From Eledone cirrhosa (taxonomy: Eukaryota), in the NCBI GenBank assembly GCA_964016885.1, contig OZ024743.1:344906001-344970000 (forward strand): DNA of 64,000 nucleotides, read 5' to 3'. The notes beneath the pieces were generated by a model, which did not search any database, was not told where the DNA came from, and saw nothing but the letters and a program-made list of their open reading frames with translations. Both the position numbers and the translations under genes were made by a program. Within the stretch, counting starts at the first letter, position 1; each line of letters starts with the position of its first letter. Positions 41,690 through 55,795 of the stretch are shown piece after piece.

Positions 41690-41691
<2 letters not shown>

Positions 41692-41946
41692 TCAGCTCAA
41701 AAGTGACATAGAGGAGACTGAGGTTAGCTGGACATGCTCACCGACATCCAGAGTTGACATTGCACTCAGTGCTCCTGTGGGAGCCCCTACATGGACACAC
41801 TAGAAGTGGAAGACCAAGGTTAACGTATGTTGATGCCCTAAGGACAGGCACTGGTCTGTTGGAGACGCAGGACATGGCAGCGATAATGAGGGACAGAGAC
41901 CGCTGGAAAGACCGCTGGAGAGAATCTCGGGAATTTTATCCGCCTT

Positions 41947-41948
<2 letters not shown>
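41690..41948 (+). mobile_element. 3' fragment of an RTE/RTEX-type LINE in (TA)n
   Basis: RRLRLAGHAHRHPE..VLLWEPLHGHTRSGRPRLTYVD..MRDRDRW, a typical RTE-group C-terminus. Confidence 0.75.
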
Positions 41949-41978
<30 letters not shown>

Positions 41979-41984
<6 letters not shown>

Positions 41985-42098
41985 GAAAACGTATGACCCC
42001 GACAGCAGAGCTCAAGCCGTTTCGACGGCTATTTCTGGACCGAAATAGCCGTCGAAACGGCTTGAGCTCTGCCGTCGGGGTCATACTTTTTCCTATTT
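41979..42098. repeat. Near-perfect palindrome, 57-bp arms, 6-nt loop
   Basis: AAATAGGAAAACGTATGACCCCGAC..GCTATTTC-TGGACC-GAAATAGC..GTCGGGGTCATACTTTTTCCTATTT. Confidence 0.92.
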
Positions 42099-42172
42099 CC
42101 CACTCTACTACCCTAAGTATTGAGTAGTCTGCTGCGTTATGGTCCATCTGATTCCTTACCACAATTTCTTTG

Positions 42173-42207
<35 letters not shown>

Positions 42208-43733
42208 TGGGGTAGAGATGCAGTTCTGTGCGTCTTGTTTGGTTGTGTTTTTCTTGCTGGCCTGCAGCGTCGCGTACCAAATGCTATTACATTTGTATCT
42301 CCAGCTTGCGGAACAGATCAGAGTACCTTTCTGTTGGGAAGATGCATGTGTGACTATAAGAAAATAAATAATGGACAGGAAAAAAACTATGAGTGCCGCT
42401 TAGCAAAATCAGAGACAAATATATAAAAACTATACCATGAAAAAAATAAACAGTCTGTAAAATGTGCAACATAGCAACGGTAGAAGAATGGGTTACGACA
42501 TCTAGTTGGGTGGCGGAGCTTAATAGAAGAGGTACTACTTCCTACAGAGTTTGTGAGTAAACGATAGAGTGATGGGCTGAAGAAGAAATTCAAGAAGTCA
42601 GTGATTCCAGTCCTATGATTAACGCCAGCAAAACAAAACATTAAAATATATACAACAAAGAAGGGTGCAAAGACAGAGGAACAGATGTACAAATACATAG
42701 GTGCAACAAAACACAGGAACACAATCACATATACACGCAGTAATATTCAGACTTGGATGTATAGACAATAGGATATAAATATATATTAAAAGAAAAGGAA
42801 TCATGTATCTATATGTTCTTGTAGCCATGCATATACATACATCGATGTACTTTAATTGATACAGGTTTAACCATTTACGCACCCTTAACTTCTGATACAG
42901 GCATAGGTATATTGTCATGACATATGCATTTTAAACCCAGCCGAGCCCGTACCTCATTAGATCCTGAAAGCAGCCCAATGAAAATGAGAAAGTGACAAAG
43001 ATACATAGAAAAGAATTGCCACTAGTATTAGATATAAAATTGATATGTCGATAAGGAAAGAATGAAAGGCGAAATTGTCCTTAATGGGATGTGATCTGTG
43101 ATAGTCGGACGGATACCGCAAACATTCTCTCTGAGGCACTAGTGACTCTACCAATTTACCACCTCGATACAATCGTAGACACACATGAATATGTAATTCT
43201 CTTATTGCGGAATCCTTATTTGATATTCTAAAAATTGTGGAACCCACAGCTATCTTTAGCTGACAAACTATTTTAATAAAATATTGAATGAAAGAAAATA
43301 TTTCCTAGAAGGAGAATTTATTTGAAAACAGAATGTTTTCATAAAATCAATTCATTTTAAATATCATTAAAAGACACCGTCTCTCGTGGAACCTTGGTTG
43401 AATAGGGGAGGCACTTTAGGAAACACCGGTTTTTACACATGCAAGACATACAAAACTTATGCAGAAGAAAGCTGCTGCCTCGAACACTCACATATATATT
43501 CACAGAACCACATACTAAAACAATCACGTATAGAGGAAACCCATTAAAACATACATATACGAGTGTATGTACACAAATCTACAATAATATAAACACATGC
43601 ATATACTGATATATTTAAATAGACACAATAAAATATATGGTACAGCATATACATTGATGCAACCCCATGCATTAAAACACCTACACATATACACATACAC
43701 ACACACACGCACACACACGCACATACACATATG

Positions 43734-43768
<35 letters not shown>

Positions 43769-44023
43769 ATATACACCAATACATACATATACATGCCTAA
43801 CTACACATTTATAATGAATGAATAAATACATGCATGTAAGCATACATCACATACATAAAAACACCCTTTCAAACATACACATACACAGGCACACACCCAC
43901 ACGCGCGCGCGCACACACACAAGCAAACGAACAAACACACATATATACATACATACATATATATATATATACATACATACATATATATATATGTATATAT
44001 ATATGTATTATACATACATAAAA

Positions 44024-44079
<56 letters not shown>

Positions 44080-46865
44080 ACATACATCATACATACATAC
44101 ATACATAAACAAAGACCAACGCACATCATCAACTCCAGCAGCGATTCCCACATAGAAACAGACCATATTCCATGCTATTTATATGCCCATTTGCAAATAT
44201 TTACCAGTGCAGCGGCCATCAAAAGCCATGACAGAGCAAAGATATATGCATACATTCACATAAACAATGAAGAAATGGCCATGGGGTGTGCAGCAATCAG
44301 ATTTATGTGATACTCTAGCTGGAAAATGGCCGAACGGGAACAAGATCATGGCAGCGGGAGTTTGATGTATTTCTGCCATTTTATTATAAACCCGTTCTAC
44401 TAAGTCGGCCATGTTCCCTTAAACACAGTTTTAGTATATCATCGAATTTTGCACACACACTTACACCTGGAAGCTACATGTCTCCACTGCTTTTATTATT
44501 TAACAACTACTCTTATCCATACCACCATGAACAACCATCAAACAAGGAGCCTCTACCTACTAGAAATAACAACTAAATCCGAAATCACATATTATTGTTT
44601 AAGAAAATCTCACATAGAATAATTTGATCTTAGCATTTTCAAGCTGCACATCTATGCTGTCCCTACTATTTAATAGCGACGATTTATCATATAACCATCA
44701 CCAACGACACTGAAACAAGGAACACCATTCTACCTACAAAAAATAACAGGCAACTCTCTTTCAAATTACGAAATGACTGCTATAAAAGGAACACTGAATG
44801 ATGTGATACTAGGAAGTTGCACACACCCACTTCTATTGCTTAACAACCATACTACTCTATATCACCATTAGCAATATCGAAATAGTGGACCTTTATCTGC
44901 TAGAAATAACAGCCAAATCTCTCTCAATATACTTATACCCGTCTTGAGAATAAACCTAATTGAATAGTGTGTTTATAGTGCCTCAGTATCGCCCGATTAT
45001 TCATCCCAACCTAATTCTTGGACGGTTTACTCGAAATACAATCTGTCGCTAGTATTCACACTTGCTCTTCAGGAGAGGATAACTTCTAGATGCTCTCCCT
45101 TTCTGTCCCGCTTTCTCCCTCTCTCTATTTCTCTCTCTCTGCCTCTCTCTGTCTCTCTGTGTCTCTCTCTCTACCCCTTTATTTATCCCTCTCTTTTACA
45201 CTCTCTCTCACACACTTTCTCTCTAGGAGGTCATGGGCACAGTTCCTGATGAAAATAAAATACATAAACATGACAGAAATTCTGTGCTCATAGATCATAA
45301 GACTGCTCTACGAATAAAACAAGAAACTGTAACATGATCCACACGTGCCAACCAGGTAGATATGTATGGACTCTTGCAGTGATAGAAAGAACGGCCACAT
45401 TGTTCTCAAATGGGATATGCAATGAAAATCCTTACTTACCATCCAGGTGTAGAGAGGTTCGCATGAATCCATGCAACAATAAATTTATGAGTCTCCAATG
45501 TAGTTCCTTATTTATATTGGACTTGATTACAGTACTTTACAACGTCCATAGGTGTCCTGCACAGCGCTTAGTGATAATAATATAATTAAAAAGCATGCTA
45601 AAACTGCTAGGAAGGCACCAACTCAGAATAAGAACTAACGGCTCCCATTACAATTTGTTGGGCTTTTGTTGTTTTATTTTTAACGGAACTTATGAATGGT
45701 GAAGTATTTGAACGTAACGAATAGGAACACACATTGCAATGCATCTCGTCTATCGTTCTAATAATATTCCACCAATCCCTTAAAGGATGAAAGACAAATG
45801 TGGTCTCAGCAGGGTTTGAACCCAGAATGGAAAAATCCGTAACTAAATACTGTAAGAGATTTTATTCAACGCTCTAAAGATTCTGCTAATTCACCTCCTT
45901 GTCATTAATGAAAATAATAACAATAATAATTTTACTTTCGATTAGAGATCTGATTGATAAAATATGGTCGGAGGCAAAAATAAAAAAAAACATAACATGT
46001 TCTCCATTATTACCATCAGTAACACCATATCACCACCACCGCCACCATCACCACCACCACCACCACCACCACTACCACACCAACACCACCACCACCACTA
46101 CGACCACCACTACGACGACGACCACCAGCATTGCCACCACAACAAACATGGCCACCAAAAACAGAACCACAACCGCGACGCGCGCGATCACTCCCATCAC
46201 CATCAATCCCACCATCACCCCCACCACCATTACCATCTCCCCAACCACCAGAAACAACACTAATACCACTACCACCTCCATCACCACTACAAAAAAAAAA
46301 ACAACCCACCACCATCACTAACAACAACGCTAACACCTCTGTTACTATCACCATCATTACCACTTTCACCTCCATTATCAGCACTTCAAATATTTTCGCT
46401 CTCCTAATCACAGGAGGAAAGCACTAAAAGTTAGAATAGTAAGACATTAATAAAGTGTATAATATCAGTTTAACTATAGCGCTGTGTGCAACGGTGAAAT
46501 TAGAAACCGAATCACCTTGAGTAGATGCAATTGTTGTTTTGCATGTGAGATGAAGTTAAATCATATTGGTGCCAACTGTTGAAATGCCATTACTGAGTTA
46601 GAACATCCTGGGTTTAATTTTGTTACAACCTACACACACATACAATTGTCATTGCCTCCATCATTTCAAGAATTTACACAAAGTCTCTATAGCCAGAACC
46701 ATTACTCTATTACTGTCCATCATCTAACTGTCACCAACACCAACATCAACACCAATATATTCATATCATACAGCACACAGCATTTCCTACTACGCACCGG
46801 GCCAATTTTTTGAGACTACCACCTAGATAATTATCACTACATCATAGTCACTTGACCTATCCATA

Positions 46866-46951
<86 letters not shown>

Positions 46952-47111
46952 ACACATACACACACACACACTCACACACACACTCACACAGAAACATGCA
47001 CACACGCGTGCTGTCTCACACACACATATACGTATATATGTATGTATATAGATTGATACATATATATATATATGTATATATGTATATATGTACATACATA
47101 CATATAGATAC

Positions 47112-47151
<40 letters not shown>

Positions 47152-47457
47152 GTATATATGTACATACATATAGATACATACATATATATATATGTGTATA
47201 TATATATATATATCACAAACAATAACTCATTTAGATTAGATCATCACAGCTTATTTACATCATTATAACTATCTTACGCTTCTTCTTCTTCTTCTTCTTC
47301 TTCTTCTTCTTCTTTATTTCATTTACCTTCATTCTCAGCCACCGTTACCTTTATTCATCTTCGTGAACGCCTGCACGACCATCGCTGTAACAATTTAAAT
47401 AGATCACCGAAACCATTACGAAATGAACTGTCTTTAAAATGCAATTGTGATCGTTAA

Positions 47458-47502
<45 letters not shown>

Positions 47503-47503
47503 A

Positions 47504-47551
<48 letters not shown>

Positions 47552-47668
47552 ATATGATGTCTGTAATAGGTTCGATTCAGTACTCACTCATAACTTTGGG
47601 AAGCAGCTATGATTGGTAGTTGCATACAATGTGTAATAGGTAAAGGGTTAAATACACACACACACTCA

Positions 47669-47707
<39 letters not shown>

Positions 47708-47797
47708 GTATATATACATATATGTATGCATATCAAGCGTTAACCAAATATATCCCTTCCATATACTGTACCAATTGTGTTGTTTTTTCTGTTTACC

Positions 47798-47911
<114 letters not shown>

Positions 47912-48300
47912 ATATAATTGGCCTCTATCAAGTGTCGATGATGATTATTCTAGTATTGGGCCAAAAGAACACCCAGATCATGAAATTCCTGCGAAAATGA
48001 TTGTGTTTTCCACATATACATATACCCTTACAGGGATTCTCATGGAAAGTCTATGTAATACATTGACACTGGATCTCTGCATTATAGGTGTAATCCGTCC
48101 GATGTGATTCCAACAAATTTTCGTATACACCTTTTCAATTACCAGGCTTGGGTTGCTCCGAGACTATGGTAAACGAAACATGTTCTGTAAGTCAGATATT
48201 GGAGAGTGCCAGTGAGGGGATTTTAATGGAGTTCAGTGAATGTGCTGCTGCTGCTAATTGCATTCATTATATACAGTGAGGGATTGGCATTATTGGTATT

Positions 48301-48681
48301 TTGGCAGTATCGGTAGAGGGTCGGACGCCATGCTTTCCAGCATAGTTACGTCCCATTACGATCTGAGTTCAAATCCCGCCGAGGTTGACTTTGCCTTTCA
48401 TCCTTACGGGGTCGATAAAATAAAGTACCAGTAATGCACTGGGTAATTGCTGGCCTTGTGCCTAAAGTAGAAACAATTATTGGTATTATATATATATGGG
48501 AGATTGGCAGTATGGGTAGAGGGACGGACGCCATGTTTTCCAGCATAATTACGTCCCTTTATGGTCTGAGTTCAAATCCCGTCGAGGTTAACTTTGCCTT
48601 TTATTCTTACGGGGTCGATAAAACAAAGTACCAGTAATGCAGTGGGTAATTGCTGGCCTAGTGCCAAAAGTAGAAACAATT
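48301..48681 (+). mobile_element. Two head-to-tail full-length SINE copies
   Basis: 48301-48479 and 48499-48681, each with A box, B box and the AGTAGAAACAATTAT tail. Confidence 0.9.
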
Positions 48682-49806
48682 ATATACAGTACTAGAATGA
48701 TTAGAAATATATATTATTTTCATACAGATTCTTTTTTATTGATGGCTGATTCCTTATGGCGTTGGAATAAATATTCCTTGGCAAATTTTTCGGCTCACTA
48801 CTCTCTGATTTCAAATCCCATCGAGGTAAATTTTGCCTTTTATGATTTCAACGTCCATTACCGGGCTATATTCTTTCTCTCTCTCGATCTCCCTCTCTTC
48901 CCTCTCTATTTATGGAAGTAGTTGGCTGTTCTTACACCCGGCGAAGGACTGAAACTAGTTATCGTGGACTTGGAAAAATCGGGGTAGTTCATCGAATTCG
49001 CATTTAGACAGACTTCGATAGAATGCTCCATAGGGATTGTGTAAGCTGCTTATATACTCAGGTAAGTTGGTAGCAGGAACCAAATAATCGAGATATGCAG
49101 TCAAGGTAGACAAGACCAAAACTCCGAATTGAAATCTAAATGTATCTTTACACCCAACGAAAAAAATCAGGGATTGAATTAACGATATATTTAAACTGAA
49201 ATTGCAGGGCAAAATTATTGTTGTTGTCGTTGTTGTTGTTGGTGATGGTAATAAGTAAAAGAGAAAGGTAAAGAAAGTACCTTATTGGCGATGCTGATGT
49301 GAACACAATGATGGTTATTATGATGAGTATGTTAGTGTTGGTGATGTTTATGACGATAATGATGATGATAATGAAGATGGTGGTGATTGTGATGTTAGAA
49401 GTCGTGGTGTTGTTGTTGGTGGTGATGATAATGATGGTGGTAGTATTTGTAGAGGTAGCGTTGCTGAGGGTTGATATGGTTTCTGTGATGATGGTGGGTG
49501 AAGTTGTGGTGATGATAATGAAGATGATATTGATACTATGGAGATGATGTTGAAAAAAATTCAATTCATTAATGATGTCTATTTTCGTTTGCAATTAGAA
49601 AAAAAATTGATTTCTCTATTCCATTAATACAAATATTTGTAAATACATACATGCATACATACATACATATTTGTATACATATTTGTATACATACATGCAT
49701 ATATATATATATACATACATACACATAAATACATATATACATACACACATATACACGTTTGTAAGTATCTGAGATGTATGTATGTGTTTATGTATGTCTC
49801 TCTGTC

Positions 49807-49932
<126 letters not shown>

Positions 49933-50087
49933 AATACCCCCTCCGCTTCCGTGGTATTTTTTTCAGGGTTATAAGGGGCTTAGTTCTGTTTCTTGACCGT
50001 TGTATCACGTGACTGACTCCCCCTCCGCCTTTTGGGATTCTATCTCACATTTTATAGACGTGTTCTTGAGGCTAGTAAAATGAGGTA

Positions 50088-50178
50088 TCCTCTTGATAAG
50101 TCGGCAGACCTCACAAAGGCTCTATATCTCTATGATGTATTGTTTTTTGATTATGCCACGAAACTACGTAGTCGAGGA
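50088..50178 (+). ncRNA. Decayed hammerhead motif (core TTGATAA instead of CTGATGA)
   Basis: TCCTC-TTGATAA-GTCGGCA..TGCCAC-GAAA-CTACGTAG-TC-GAGGA. Confidence 0.55.
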
Positions 50179-50422
50179 ATCTAGAAGCAGTTAAGGTATG
50201 ATACATCTTATTACTAATTATATCTAAATGTTTCTTCTCTCTTCATAATCTACTTTTAGCTCTGATACTGGTTCAGTCTAATCCATTTGGATTGGTTTGT
50301 CTCAGTTATTCATAGAGCAACATCGGTTAAGGTTGGCACCATTAACTCAAGGATGGATGTGGATATATTCATGTATATGTGTGTGTCCGCATGTATCTGT
50401 GTGTTTCTCAATATATATATAT

Positions 50423-50457
<35 letters not shown>

Positions 50458-50462
50458 CATGT

Positions 50463-50607
50463 AATTGTTTCTACTTTTTGGCACTAGGCCAGCAATTATC
50501 ACAGTGTATTACTGGTACTTTATTTATCGACTCCGTAAGGATGAAAGGCAAAGTTAACCTCGGCGGGATTTTAACTCAATCCGTAAAGGGACGTAACTGT
50601 GCTGCAA
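50463..50607 (-). mobile_element. 5'-truncated SINE copy
   Basis: Consensus match. Confidence 0.82.
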
Positions 50608-51067
50608 ACGAAATCATCGGACGAACAGGAGATCTCCAATCATTCTGTCACTCACTCAATGCTTTAATTAAGCCAGCATCATTAGGATAGCAACCGAAAA
50701 GGAAAGCAGAGTGCACTTACAGTGTCATGTGACAGTGAAAGGGGGCTAGCTAGTATTCCCTATTTTTAAGGAACACGATGGTCATTTTTACAAATTGAAA
50801 AATGTAAAGAACTAGTCATGGAAGCACTCAACCAGGCCTTCAGTATAGAAAGTAAAGACAAAATTGCAAACAATTAATAAAAATCGAGATATAAAACAGA
50901 GTAAAGTGTTCAACTTACAGTTTGTATGCGACTTATCCTGCGAGTTGAAATAATGATATTGAAATGAAGTTATCGGAAGAACCCGTGTATTTCCGATCGT
51001 TCTGTCACTCACTAAATGCTTTATTAAAAGCCAGCATCTCTGTTTACACACACAGTAATGTTTACAC

Positions 51068-51517
51068 TGCAGTAATTTTGGGAGCTGTACTTTTGTGATC
51101 CTTTCTAACAATTCTCGTAAGAGTCTGACGGTCCCTATCTGAAAGTTTTGGTTTTCTTCCGGAGTTTTGTTTCGACGAGGAGGTTTTTCCCTCTTTCTTA
51201 AAGTTTGTCATTATTTTCGAGACAGTACTTCTTCATACAGCAAACATTTCGGCTGTTTTCGTTACGCTAGTGCCTGCCATACGAGCACCAACAGTTTGAC
51301 CTCTTTGAAAGTCCGATAGATCTGTCAATTTAATGAATTGTAATTACCTTTTCTGATGATATCTGAAAAGAAACAGCAATTTTAACAAAACATATTAAGC
51401 AACACTAATAATAAATAAAAAAAACAAAAAAATAAACAAGCTTTTGGCGGTTTTATAGATATTTCAATATTATGATGCAATGATGCTAGGTGTTTCCATT
51501 ATTTTGTCCAACCCCTG
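51068..51517 (-). mobile_element. Tc1/mariner DNA transposon 5' fragment (TIR plus transposase N-terminal HTH, pseudogene)
   Basis: TA followed by CAGGGGTTGGACAAAATAATGGAAACACCT at 51517-51488; minus-strand DLSDFQRGQTVGARMAGTSVTKTAEMFAV*RSTVSKIM..SGRKPKLSDRDRQTLTRIVRK. No second TIR seen. Confidence 0.85.
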
Positions 51518-51531
51518 TATATATATATATA

Positions 51532-51664
<133 letters not shown>

Positions 51665-51773
51665 AGGTATATATATATATAATCAAAGATTAGTATGGTT
51701 CGTTGATTACTCAACGAATACAATTTTACAATAGATTAGAAGCACTTAATAAGAGGTTTTCCTGGAGTTTTTA

Positions 51774-52122
51774 ATATTATTCAAAATGTTAACAAATAAA
51801 AAATATTCTCATAATCAAAATATATACTTTATTATACATATTTCAAAGGTACTATGGTGTTTAAGTACGTTTTCATGAGACAAAAATATATGATTTGATA
51901 TGCGACATACGGCTACGGTTTTGATTATTCAATTCCAGTATTGGCAGTACTGCCAATACTGGAATTTAATAATCAAAACCGTAGCCGTATGTCGCATTTC
52001 AAATCATATATTTTGTCTGATGAAAACGTATTTAAACACCATAGTACCTTTGAAATATGTATAATAAAGTATATATTTTGATTATGAGATTGTCTTTCAT
52101 TTGTTAACATTTTGAATAATAT
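51774..52122. repeat. Spacerless palindrome with ~175-bp arms
   Basis: Centre GGCAGT|ACTGCC at 51948/51949; the arms pair out to ATATTATTCAAAATG / CATTTTGAATAATAT. Confidence 0.92.
52009..52071 (+). ncRNA. Type I hammerhead ribozyme motif, same family as 5321-5381
   Basis: TATTTTGT-CTGATGA-AAACGTATT..AGTACCTTT-GAAA-TATGTA-TA-ATAAAGTA. Confidence 0.65.
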
Positions 52123-52156
52123 ATATATATATAAATATATGTATGTGTGTATGTAT

Positions 52157-52365
52157 GTTCTTCTGGTTTTATAATTTCACAAATTTTTCCCAATAGAGAG
52201 AGAGTCGGTTTCTAACATAGTAACAAGACTCTCTCATTAGAATTTACACAACATCAACTAGGTAGATTATGTATGCATGCATGTGTAGATATGGATGTTA
52301 TTGTATGTGTGGATGTGTGCATGTGTATATGCTTTGTATCTGTACATGTGTATATGCAGTATGTA
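52157..52365 (-). mobile_element. 3'UTR-only copy of the RLE family at 31556-32180
   Basis: Closely matches 31556-31780 with the same 3' junction; flanked by (TATG)n. Confidence 0.8.
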
Positions 52366-52737
52366 TATGTATGTATGTACGTATGTATGTATGTATGTAT
52401 GTATGTATGTATGTATGTATGTATGTATGTATGTATGTATGTATGTATGTATGTATGTATGTATGTATGTATGTATGTATGTATGTATGTATGTATAGAG
52501 TTTGCGGTAGTGAGAGCGGGGAGCCCAGGGAGATATGATGCCTATTCAAAAAATTCAGCAAATTTCAATAATATTAAGACACCATAATGGGGGTTAAACC
52601 TCAAATTAGGGCTCCCCGGAGCACCAACCCCTATTCACAAAACTTTTGAATTGATATTTTGAAAAAAATTATTTACAAGTAACAAAATAAGAATAAGATT
52701 TAATAATGTAATTTTGATTTGATATATTACAAAAAAT

Positions 52738-52791
52738 AATTGTTTCTACTTTTGGCACAAGGCCAGCAATTAACCAGTGTATTACTGGTAC
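52738..52791 (-). mobile_element. SINE 3' fragment with flanking direct repeat TATATTACAAAAAATAAT
   Basis: Tail match; TATATTACAAAAAATAAT occurs at ~52722-52739 and ~52792-52809, consistent with a target-site duplication. Confidence 0.75.
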
Positions 52792-52993
52792 TATATTACA
52801 AAAAATAATGTTTTCCAATTGTTCATGCATTACATTTTACATCGAGTATTATTGAAATGCAGAGTTTTTCTCCATAAATTAAAAATCAATCATAATTTTC
52901 TTACAAAAAAAAAATGTGTGAAACGCGGCTTATATATTTATATATTTAAGAGAGAGATAAAGAGAGAGAATGAGAGAGAGAGAGAGAGAGAGT

Positions 52994-53051
<58 letters not shown>

Positions 53052-53867
53052 GAGAGAGACTGTGACAGAGAGAGAGAGGAGAGATATGCAGATGAACATA
53101 TGTAAATATATTAAAGAATTGGCAGAACCGTTAGAACGTCTGATAAAAAGCTTCGCCGAGGTCAACTTAATTTTTCATCTTTCCGGGTTAATAAAAAAAT
53201 GTAGCATGCACATACGTGTGTGTGTGTGTGTAGCATGCATATACGAGTGTGTAGCATACACATACGTGTGGGTGTAGCATGCACATATGTGTGTGTGCGC
53301 GCGTGTGTTTCTGCATATGTCTGTGCCTTTATATTTTGTTTCTACTCCCCAAGTATGCTAATGCACTTGTTTTTTCTTATCAGCATGACCCAACCAAAGA
53401 GCAACAACATCTGTTACAACATACAACTTACCGTCAACATTCTTACAAAACAAATGCTAAAATAAAATAGATGCATATACATGTCAGCTCAGTATTTACG
53501 GTTGCGGTAATGAGTACGTATATTAACAAATAAACATATAGGACTATAAAACAACAGAAATTAATTAGAAGATGGAAATACTCCGCCTGAGAGAGGATGT
53601 CACGAGGTAGTGTAAGTGGTAGAGGTTAATTAACAGACACATCTAATGATAGGAAGCAAGAGATTGAGTATGTGAGTAAGTGAGTACTTGTGCGAGAGAA
53701 AGTAAGAGAGAAAGATAATTACATTACTCACACTTCTATATAAACAAAGGTGGAAATAAAAGATAAAATAGAGAAAATAATGTGTAATTAAATCGTTATA
53801 CATATAATTATTGGTATGAGACCGTGTGAATATATACATATATATATATATACATATATATGTATAT

Positions 53868-53954
<87 letters not shown>

Positions 53955-53998
53955 ATTATATATATGTATATATAAATATATATATATTTATATATATG

Positions 53999-54045
<47 letters not shown>

Positions 54046-54140
54046 TTATATATATATGTGTATTTGGGGGATGCATACATGTATATGTGTATCTGTGTTT
54101 GTGTGTATAGGAATATATATATGCACATGTCTATATATAC

Positions 54141-54200
<60 letters not shown>

Positions 54201-54226
54201 GTACATACATATATATACGTATATAA

Positions 54227-54276
<50 letters not shown>

Positions 54277-54577
54277 TGTGCGCGTGAGTGTGTCTGTGTC
54301 TATGTGTATGTGTGATTTATTTGTATATAAATACACAATACAAATCAAAATATAAATAACTAAAATGCAGAAAAATCAATATCTAAACAGATCAATAATA
54401 TAAATCAATCAATAACTAAAACAGCTTGATGTTGTCAATAACATATCAAAGTATACAGGATGTGTTTTACATTATCTCAGTAAATTAATGACATCAACTT
54501 GAAAGACTGATAATGTTCATATTTATATATGTGTATATGTATGAATGTATGTATGAATATATGTATGAATGTATATA

Positions 54578-54665
<88 letters not shown>

Positions 54666-54707
54666 CACACATGTATATATATATACAAGTGTGTATGTAT
54701 GTATGTA

Positions 54708-54828
<121 letters not shown>

Positions 54829-54866
54829 TAGATAGATAGATAGATGGAGATAGAGAGAGAGAGATG

Positions 54867-54947
<81 letters not shown>

Positions 54948-55542
54948 GGAGAATAATGAGATAAACTCAACGCAAGAATAGCTGTTAAAACAGCAAAATG
55001 CTGTCAATCACAGCGTCGGATCAAACTTACCTCAAAGGACAGGATACTGCGGCTAGACGTGTGTTGGTAGGCCAACACCTTTGGTGCGCTCAAGTCATAG
55101 GAAAGGAGCAAATGAAGAAAATGAACGTGACATGATCATACAAGACGACAGAAACAAATCTCAGGGCTACCTATTCGATCGAGTCTCACAGCCAGAAATA
55201 AATCAGAAAGACGTGAGTTGGAATGGTTACTATAACAACCCAGTGCATACGCATACCTCTTCCAAAACACATAGGAGAAGAATCTCAAATTGTTCGTTGG
55301 TTTTCTTTTGGACTGTTTAAGCTACCCATCTGAAAAGAGGGTAATAGCCCTGAAATATCATGCTAAAATACACTGGGTAAAGCATTACACTAGTTTTTGT
55401 TTTGTTTTATTGATCATCATTTGCCCTCCGTATTTTCTACTACATTGTGACGGCTTTAAACAACTTATCGGTCATATATGACACACACACATGCATACAC
55501 ACACACATGCACACACATATATATATATATATGTATATATAT

Positions 55543-55619
<77 letters not shown>

Positions 55620-55692
55620 TGTATCTCGGAATCAATCGGGAGTAACCACAGTAAGAAAGGTACTCAATGCATAGCAGAGTATACATATTTAA

Positions 55693-55795
55693 TATAGAAA
55701 TGGATTCTACAGAACTAGAACTATTTCATTCGACGGAAATCATCAGAATTTCCTTCGAATGAAACAGTTCTAGTTCTGTAGAAGCCATTTCTATA
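55693..55795. repeat. Near-perfect hairpin, ~48-bp arms
   Basis: TATAGAAATGGATTCTACAGAACTAGAAC..GGAAAT-CATCAGA-ATTTCC..GTTCTAGTTCTGTAGAAGCCATTTCTATA. Confidence 0.9.

Noticed and set aside
45899-46427. His/Thr/Pro-rich ORFs
   Set aside because: Degenerate (CAC/ACC)n low-complexity tract open in several frames.
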